DNA of 64,000 nt, taken from positions 2,304,001 through 2,368,000 of the forward strand of contig OY729431.1 in the NCBI GenBank assembly GCA_963422395.1, written 5' to 3'. The notes under the pieces are model-generated. The model was not told the origin of the DNA, did no database searches, and was given only the letters and a program-made list of their open reading frames with translations. Source of the stretch: Vicinamibacteria bacterium. GTDB lineage: Bacteria; Acidobacteriota; Vicinamibacteria; Marinacidobacterales; Marinacidobacteraceae. A program made the position numbers and the translations under genes. This document shows positions 57,845 through 64,000 of the stretch, piece by piece; the stretch's first letter is position 1; each line of letters opens with the position of its first letter.

Positions 57845-58732
57845 TCAGCGAAGGAAGCGGTCCTGCTGGAAGATGGACAGGACGGCATCCTCGAACGGCT
57901 GGCCGGTGTTCGCCACCGAAAAGCCGAACCCGTAGCGGGAGCAGTAGGCGGCGATCTCGTCCCGCCACTCGCCGAGCGCTCGCTGATACCGGTCGAGCAG
58001 CCGCGGAGTGATCCGGACGCGGCGCTCGGAACCGTTTTCGCTGTCGGTGAGCAGCGCCTCGTCGGGAAGCTCCGGGTCGAGTTCCTGGGGAGTCAGCACC
58101 TGCATCACGAACATGTCGTGCTTCTGGTGGCGGCAGGCGTCGAAAGCACCCAACAGGTCTCCCTCGTCCATCAGGTCGGACAGCACCACCGCGAGCCCGC
58201 GCTTGCGGCGGGAGCCGAAGAAGGCCCGGAAACACGCCGAGAGCGAGGTCTCGCCGCCGGTGCTGCCCGCATCGAGGAAGCGGAAGGCGCGGAAGACCTG
58301 GTTACGGCCTCGCTTGGGAGGCATCCATCCCCCGATCTTCTCCCCGTACCAGGCGATCGAGATGAGATCGTGGTTCATGAGCCCGATGTAGGACAGCGCC
58401 CCCGCCATCTTGCGGGCGTAATCGAACTTGGGCGGATCGCCGAAAGCCATCGAGGCGCTCTGGTCCACGAAGAGGTACACCGGCAGGTCGGCCTCTTCGT
58501 CGAAGATCCGCAGCACCAGCTTGTCGAGGCGCAGGAACGCCTTCCAGTCCACATCTCGGGTGTCGTCGCCGTCCACATACGGACGGTAGTCGGCGAGCTC
58601 GATCCCGGTGCCGCGCTTCCTCGCCCGATGTTCGCCCCGGTGCCGGCTGGGGAGCATCCGGGTAGCCATCAGCTTGAGGTACTCGATCCGCTCCATGAAA
58701 GCGGCGTCGAAGAGAGTCTCGCGCCCGCTCAC
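57845..58732 (-). CDS. DUF58 domain protein
   Basis: 'GIELADYRPYVDGDDTRDVDWK', 'VDQSASM', 'VLSD'. Confidence 0.92.
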   Translation of the reverse strand: MSGRETLFDAAFMERIEYLKLMATRMLPSRHRGEHRARKRGTGIELADYRPYVDGDDTRDVDWKAFLRLDKLVLRIFDEEADLPVYLFVDQSASMAFGDPPKFDYARKMAGALSYIGLMNHDLISIAWYGEKIGGWMPPKRGRNQVFRAFRFLDAGSTGGETSLSACFRAFFGSRRKRGLAVVLSDLMDEGDLLGAFDACRHQKHDMFVMQVLTPQELDPELPDEALLTDSENGSERRVRITPRLLDRYQRALGEWRDEIAAYCSRYGFGFSVANTGQPFEDAVLSIFQQDRFLR

Positions 58733-58778
58733 GCCGGGTGCACCCCTCCCGGAGCGCGTGGCGCGGCGGGCCGGGGCA

Positions 58779-59801
58779 TCAGTCGCCGGGAGGCGCGATC
58801 GAGGCGACGATCTCCCGCAAGATGTCGTCGGTATCCACTCGATCGGCCTCGCCCTCGAAGTTCAACAGCAGCCGGTGGCGGAGGGTCGGCAGCACGCTCT
58901 CGCGGATGTCTTCGGCCGCCACATGCACCCTGCCGGCGAGGAGTGCCCGGAATTTCCCCGAAAGGACGAGCGCCTGGGTGCCCCGCGGGCTGGCGCCGAA
59001 CTTCACATAGCGATTCGTCAGCGCGTGCGCGAACTTCGAACCCGGGTGGGTCCCCATGGTGAGGCGGATGGCGTAGTCCTGGACCGGACGCGCGATCGGC
59101 ACCGAGAGCACGGTGTCGCGCATCGCCAGGACCTCGCCGCGGTCCACCACCGCCTCGGCCTTCGGCTCCTCGACGCTCGTGGTCCGCTCCACGATCTCCC
59201 GCAGCTCGTCGTGGTCCGGGTAGCCGATCCGCAGCTTCATCAGGAAACGGTCCATCTGCGCCTCGGGCAGCGGGTAGGTGCCTTCGAGCTCGATGGGGTT
59301 CTGGGTTGCCATCACGAAGAACGGCTCCTCGAGCCGGTAGGTGGTGTTGCCGACGGAGACACTCTTCTCCTGCATCGCCTCGAGGAGCGCCGACTGGGAT
59401 TTCGGAGTGGCGCGGTTCACTTCGTCGGCGAGCATGAGGTTGCAGAAGATCGGACCCGGCTGGAAGTCGAGGACCTTCGCCCCGGTCTCGGTCTCGCGCA
59501 CCACATTCGTGCCCAGGATGTCGCCGGGCATGAGATCCGGGGTGAACTGGACGCGGTTGAAATCGAGGTGCATCGCCTCCGAGAGGGTCTGGACGATCTT
59601 CGTCTTGCCGAGGCCGGGGATACCTTCGAGGAGCACATGCCCGCGGGTGAGCAGGCAGGTGATGATCCCGCTGATGACCTCCCGGTTGCCGACGATGACC
59701 CGGCCGACCTCGGCCTGGATCCGGTCGTGGCGCTCGCGGAACGCCTGGACGCGCTGTTCGATATCCGCCGGGATTTCAGCCCGTGCGGTTTCCGGAGTCA
59801 T
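58779..59801 (-). CDS. MoxR family AAA+ ATPase
   Basis: 'LLEGIPGLGKT', 'RVQFTPDLMPGD', 'ADEVNRATPKSQSALLEAMQE', 'GTYPLPEAQMDRF'. Confidence 0.95.
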   Translation of the reverse strand: MTPETARAEIPADIEQRVQAFRERHDRIQAEVGRVIVGNREVISGIITCLLTRGHVLLEGIPGLGKTKIVQTLSEAMHLDFNRVQFTPDLMPGDILGTNVVRETETGAKVLDFQPGPIFCNLMLADEVNRATPKSQSALLEAMQEKSVSVGNTTYRLEEPFFVMATQNPIELEGTYPLPEAQMDRFLMKLRIGYPDHDELREIVERTTSVEEPKAEAVVDRGEVLAMRDTVLSVPIARPVQDYAIRLTMGTHPGSKFAHALTNRYVKFGASPRGTQALVLSGKFRALLAGRVHVAAEDIRESVLPTLRHRLLLNFEGEADRVDTDDILREIVASIAPPGD

Positions 59802-61363
59802 GGATACTCGGCTCCCTCGGCGGTTTCGCCTTTGGATTCGCTCCCCGCCGCCGTCTCGCGGATCATGAGGAAGTAGGCGCGGACGAGGGGCCGCAGCCCC
59901 GTCGGGATGGAACGGTTGCGGAAAACCGCTTCTTCGGCGTATTCGGAGAGGGAACGGACCGAGTCGTAGGCGACGGTCGCGTCCTCGCGGCGGCTCTGCC
60001 GCTCGATGGTCTGCTCGGGAGCCGGCTCCTGTTCGGCCGGCGGCGGGATCGCCTCCATCTCCAGCTGCACCTCGAGGCTGGTCGAGGCTCCGAGCACTTC
60101 CGACGCACCGCCGCCGCCGGGCCCGGTCATGTCGCCTGCGGGTCCGGCATCCATCGGGATTGGGGCGCCCATCTGCCCCTCGGCGGCCATCATCTGAACC
60201 TGCCCGGAAAGGCCGGCGGCGCCCTGGGGCATCCCGCCCGCGGGTTCGCCGCCCTCGCCGGCCTGGGGCTGGCCGCTGCCCTCCCCATCGCCGGGGAACG
60301 GCATCTGCTGTGCCTGGCCCTCGCCCGGCGCGCTCCCCTGCTGGCCGTCCATCGCCTGGAGGTTCTCCGCGAGCTGCTGGAAAGCCTCCTCGGCAGTCAT
60401 GCCGGACTCCATGAGCTCCATCATCTCGGCCGCGGCCGCAGCGAAGGCGTCGGTTTCGGCGCCCGCTTCGAGGGATTCGAGGAGCGCCTGGAGTTCCTCG
60501 GAGCTCTGCGCGGTGCGCATCGCCTCGGAGAGGCCGTCGAGCCACTCGGAAGCGTCGGCCGGCCCGGCAGCATCCATCGCCTCGGCGAGCCCGGCGAGGG
60601 CGGCAGATACCTCTTCGCTCGTCTCCTCGAAGGCGCGCTCCTCCATGGCGGCGGCGAGCGCTGCTTGCAGAGCGTCTCCGTCCGCTGCCGAATCCTCGGG
60701 AAGCCGAAGTTCCCCAGCGCGGAGCTCGGCGAGGATCTCCTCGGGCGAGCGCGCCTCGACGCGCGCATCGGCGGCATCTTCCGCGTCCTCACCCGGATCG
60801 CGATCCGCCTCCAGCGGACCTCCGTTTTCGGAGCTGCCGGAGAAACCGGCGGCGAGCCGCTCCCGCAGAGAGTCGGGGACCAGCGGGCCTTCGGTGAAGG
60901 ACAGGACGACGGTGAGCCCGGCGAGCGCAGCGACCGCCGCGAGCGTCTTGCGGGGCGCGCGCAGAGGCAGCAGTTCCCGAGCCTCCAGCCCGTCGGCACT
61001 CTGCCGGGCGCGGGCGATCTGGTACTCCTCCCACTCGGTTCGGGACGGGGCACGGGAAAACCACTGCGCCGACGCCAGCTCGTCTCGGAGCCCGCCCCCC
61101 CGGTCACCGGCGGCGGCGGCTCGGTCGAAGCTTCCCCCGGTGAAGAAGCGGACTAGCAAGAATCCCGCCCCGCCCGCCGCGATCAGCACCGGAAGCCAGG
61201 GGAGACCGTCGCCGAAGAGCCGCGGCGCGAGCAGCGCGAGAGCCACCGCAGCGGCGGCGAAACCGAGGTCGCGGACCAGCCGGAGGATCCGAAGCCGGAG
61301 GTCGAGGCGCCGGATCAGTCCGTGGAAGGGAACGCTTTTGGAGTCGGGCAGGAAGTCGGGCAA
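59798..61363 (-). CDS. Membrane-anchored acidic coiled-coil protein associated with the MoxR operon
   Basis: N-terminal TM segments, 'GLRDELASA', Gln/Gly-rich region, C-terminal 'IPTGLRPLVRAYF'. ATGA overlap with MoxR. Start uncertain. Confidence 0.75.
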   Translation of the reverse strand: MPDFLPDSKSVPFHGLIRRLDLRLRILRLVRDLGFAAAAVALALLAPRLFGDGLPWLPVLIAAGGAGFLLVRFFTGGSFDRAAAAGDRGGGLRDELASAQWFSRAPSRTEWEEYQIARARQSADGLEARELLPLRAPRKTLAAVAALAGLTVVLSFTEGPLVPDSLRERLAAGFSGSSENGGPLEADRDPGEDAEDAADARVEARSPEEILAELRAGELRLPEDSAADGDALQAALAAAMEERAFEETSEEVSAALAGLAEAMDAAGPADASEWLDGLSEAMRTAQSSEELQALLESLEAGAETDAFAAAAAEMMELMESGMTAEEAFQQLAENLQAMDGQQGSAPGEGQAQQMPFPGDGEGSGQPQAGEGGEPAGGMPQGAAGLSGQVQMMAAEGQMGAPIPMDAGPAGDMTGPGGGGASEVLGASTSLEVQLEMEAIPPPAEQEPAPEQTIERQSRREDATVAYDSVRSLSEYAEEAVFRNRSIPTGLRPLVRAYFLMIRETAAGSESKGETAEGAEYP

Positions 61364-61537
61364 GGGGGAGGCGCGCCGGGCAGAATTCGCGGAGTGTAGT
61401 AGCAGCGGTCGGCAGGCTGCCAAACTGCGGAGCAGCGGCAGCGGCCGGAACTCATATCGCGGGGCCGCCTCCCCGGTTCGCCGCACTTATACTCACCCTC
61501 ATTAGGAAAACCGGTTCTGATCGAGGATAGTGAAACC

Positions 61538-62023
61538 ATGCAGAACATCCCGCTCTTCTTCCGTTTCCAGCAGGTAGTCTGCGGAAAGGGCTTCTTGGCC
61601 GATGTCCAGTTCGAAGGCCGGGCGACCTGTGCCAGAGAGTTCGGTTCCACTTGGATTCATGGAGTGAATCCCGGGGCGATCGCCGAGGAAGGGACGGACA
61701 TGAAGTCCGCGTATGCGAACTTTCGCAGCGCGCTCGTCGGAGTCTTCTTCGACCTCGCAGAAGAGGCGGGCAGTTTCGAGGAACTCTGTGCCGCCGCCCG
61801 GTCCTTCTACGAGGCGACCGACCGGGACAGCGTCGCCGAGTGGGAGGAAGCTCGACAGCAGATTCGGCAGGGCGCCGATCCCGGCATGGACGCCGAACTC
61901 GATCTCCGGCGCGAGTCGGGGGAACCGGACACTGGCTTTCGGGTCATCGAAGTGCTTCCGGGAGCGATCTCGCCGGCTCTGAACCATTTCGCTCCGGATC
62001 AGCCGAGCCGCCTGGCCGCTTAG
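61538..62023 (+). CDS. Hypothetical protein, HicB-like antitoxin candidate
   Basis: 'WIHGVNPGAIAEEGTDMKSAYANFRSAL' resembles the HicB 'PG....G.T..EA..N' pattern. Acidic; ends in LAA. Confidence 0.55.
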   Translation: MQNIPLFFRFQQVVCGKGFLADVQFEGRATCAREFGSTWIHGVNPGAIAEEGTDMKSAYANFRSALVGVFFDLAEEAGSFEELCAAARSFYEATDRDSVAEWEEARQQIRQGADPGMDAELDLRRESGEPDTGFRVIEVLPGAISPALNHFAPDQPSRLAA

Positions 62024-62072
62024 CTGGCCGCTTAGCAGCCGGCCGCATGGGCCGGGGACCCGTTCCCGCTGG

Positions 62073-62331
62073 ATGCCTTCCACGTATCCCGTTCCGTGGA
62101 GGACGGTGAAGGAGCATCTCGACGAGCTTCTTCCGGGTTGGTCCATACAAGGTGTCGACCCATTCTCGTTTCCTCCGGTGCGAACTGATTCGGCCGGAAC
62201 CCTGCCGACTGCCACGAGGGAAGCATGGCGCATCAACCCCTGAAATACGACGAGGCGACCTGAGGAAGATGTTCCGGTTCTTCGGGAAATTCGAAGAAGC
62301 GAAAGCCCGGATACCCGACTTGCTGTGCTGA
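62073..62331 (+). pseudogene. HicA-like toxin candidate with a 1-bp frameshift
   Basis: Removing one base near 62145 gives an 85-aa product ...LDELLPGWSYKVSTHSRFLRC...LPRGKHGASTPEIRRGDLRKMFRFFG.... Confidence 0.55.
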
Positions 62332-62412
62332 GGCGGGGCAGAAGGTCACGGAATCGCAGGAAGCGGCCCAGAAACCCAGTTTCACCTTGCCGGGTCGGCA
62401 GGGCGGTCGCGG

Positions 62413-63483
62413 TCAGCCGTCGAAGCGGACGGAGTAGATGGGGGGGAGGTCGGCACTGACGAGATCCCAGTTCTCGCCCAGGTTCTCCGAAATCCAGAGC
62501 GCGCCCGTGGTGGTGGCGAGCGCGAGAGCGGCCCCGGACGGGTGGATCTCGAGGCCGTGGCGGTAGGCCACGGCGAAGGAGTTCTCCTGCGGCAGCCCGC
62601 CGTCGAGGAGTTCCCAGCTCGCGCCGCCGTCGCTGGTGCGGGCGACGACCATCCGCCCGTCGACCGGAACCCGGCACTCGTCCTTGACCAGCGGGACGCT
62701 CCACGCCATCTGCGGGTCTGCGGGATGGGCTGCCACCGCGAAGCCGAAGGAGGACGGCGGGACTGCGAGGCTGGTCCAGGAGGAGGCGCCGTCGTCAGAG
62801 CGGAAGAAGCCGTTGTGGTGCTGACACCAGATGCGGTTTCGGTCGGCAGCGCACCAAGCGAGCCGGTGCGGGTCCTGGATATGCGGATCCTCCCGCTGCT
62901 CCGGAGGCATGTATTCGGCGAACATGCCCTGAGTGCTCACCCGGAAGGAAGCACCGCCGTCCTCACTGATCCAGACGCCGCCGCAGGAGACCCCGGCCAC
63001 CACCCGGTTCCCGTCTGGGGAAACGAGCAGCGAGTGGATTCCGGGCTTCGGATACCCGCCGCCGAACCAGCGGCGGCGCCCCGGCTGGTCCCACAGCGAC
63101 CGGTTCAGCGCCCAGGAACGGCCGCCGTCGCCGGAGCGGAAGAGCCCTCCCGGGATGGTGCCGCACCAGAGGCTCCCCGGATCCGGTCCGGCGGCTTCGA
63201 GGCACCAGAGCAGGTCGACCGAAGGCGCCTGCCCGCCGTCTTCCCCCGGCGGATACGCGGGAGCGGGCAACTCGCTGAAACGGGCGCCGCCGTCCTCGGA
63301 AACTCGGAGCTTCGCACCGAAGTGGCCGAGGTCGAGCGCGGCGTAGAGGCGGCCGCTGCGCCCGTCGGGAAGCACCTGCGACACCGGATCGCCCAGGAAC
63401 GCCGTCCGCTCGATGCGCCAATCGCCCTTGGCGAAACGGCGCACCGCGAGATAACCCTTCCGAGTTCCGAGATGGAGAAGCAT
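62413..63483 (-). CDS. BNR/Asp-box beta-propeller (sialidase-like) protein
   Basis: 'GTRKG', repeated Asp boxes (SEDGG, SGDGGRSW, SDDGASSW, TSDGGASW), 'QDPH', 'QHHNG'. Confidence 0.88.
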   Translation of the reverse strand: MLLHLGTRKGYLAVRRFAKGDWRIERTAFLGDPVSQVLPDGRSGRLYAALDLGHFGAKLRVSEDGGARFSELPAPAYPPGEDGGQAPSVDLLWCLEAAGPDPGSLWCGTIPGGLFRSGDGGRSWALNRSLWDQPGRRRWFGGGYPKPGIHSLLVSPDGNRVVAGVSCGGVWISEDGGASFRVSTQGMFAEYMPPEQREDPHIQDPHRLAWCAADRNRIWCQHHNGFFRSDDGASSWTSLAVPPSSFGFAVAAHPADPQMAWSVPLVKDECRVPVDGRMVVARTSDGGASWELLDGGLPQENSFAVAYRHGLEIHPSGAALALATTTGALWISENLGENWDLVSADLPPIYSVRFDG

Positions 63484-63490
63484 CTGCTTT

Positions 63491-63760
63491 CTAACCCCCA
63501 GAGAGTGCCTGCATGACATGGATTTCGGCGCTCGCTCCGATTCGGTCCTCTAGATCCGAGCCGCCGCGCAGCCGGCGACCGTCCACATAGACCGCCACAT
63601 GCGTCCGCAGGCGTCCCTGATCGTCCACCACATAGGAACGGAGGTTCGGGTTGCGGGAGAACACCGCGGCGAGCGCTTCGGAGACGGTTGCGCCGGCAGC
63701 CTCGGCGCTCTCCACCGCGAGATGCCGCCGGAGGTTCGGAGTGAAATGGATACGCGCCAC
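63491..63760 (-). CDS. MoaD/ThiS family ubiquitin-like protein
   Basis: 89-aa beta-grasp pattern ending in 'QALSGG' (C-terminal di-Gly). Confidence 0.9.
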   Translation of the reverse strand: MARIHFTPNLRRHLAVESAEAAGATVSEALAAVFSRNPNLRSYVVDDQGRLRTHVAVYVDGRRLRGGSDLEDRIGASAEIHVMQALSGG

Positions 63761-63807
63761 GGGGTCCAGATCCTGCGGTCGGGTTGCGAGCTTTTGCGGA
63801 AGCCGAA

Positions 63808-64000
63808 TCAGGGCGACTCCGGCGGTCGAGTCGGAGGGTGGGGTGAGGAGGCGCGCAGCAGTCCGGCGAGCCGACCGAGAGGTTCCTGGATCCGGCGCTG
63901 GTTGTCGGGGCCGAACCGCAGGAGGTGCTTGCTCGCCGGATCGAGCGCCTCGAGCGCCGGATCGCGGTACTCGAAGCGCAGGGTCTCGGCCACCAGCAGG
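63808..64000 (-). CDS. C-terminal end of a DUF3014-like protein (5' end outside window)
   Basis: 'FEYRDPALEALDPASKHLLRFGPDN'. Confidence 0.6.
   Translation of the reverse strand, partial: LLVAETLRFEYRDPALEALDPASKHLLRFGPDNQRRIQEPLGRLAGLLRASSPHPPTRPPESP

Noticed and set aside
55955-61363. MoxR/DUF58/vWA operon as a novel system
   Set aside because: This is a common, well-known gene arrangement, and I saw nothing atypical.

Overview
High-GC bacterial window whose gene content looks like Acidobacteriota (Oar-type TonB receptor, CRTAC1/ASPIC-UnbV, TPR-multiheme cytochrome, many exported hydrolases); the taxon is an inference. It holds about 45 genes: an outer-membrane/TPR/multiheme cluster (1-11.3 kb), a long run of exported amino-acid and amide catabolic enzymes (11.7-33.5 kb), a rubrerythrin/Fe-S/DUF3501 cluster opposite soxCD-glnS-ggt, a heme-type TonB receptor, gltX and a MoxR/DUF58/vWA operon. 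The ORF track misses several things: (1) an ArsC-like selenoprotein with an in-frame UGA (UxxC) and a SECIS-like hairpin at 50.3-50.8 kb; (2) three genes that appear to need CUG starts; (3) two highly palindromic tandem arrays, about 172 bp x4.9 and about 295 bp x2.3; (4) a 206-bp MITE inside a decayed AAA-ATPase gene, upstream of an uncharacterised membrane coiled-coil plus vWA-lipoprotein pair; (5) a HicB/HicA-like pair with a frameshifted toxin and an LAA degron; (6) a candidate extracytoplasmic module of a circularly permuted D-amino-acid oxidase and a Rid lipoprotein. I saw no rRNA, tRNA or CRISPR array. All family calls come from motif recognition by eye, not database searches.
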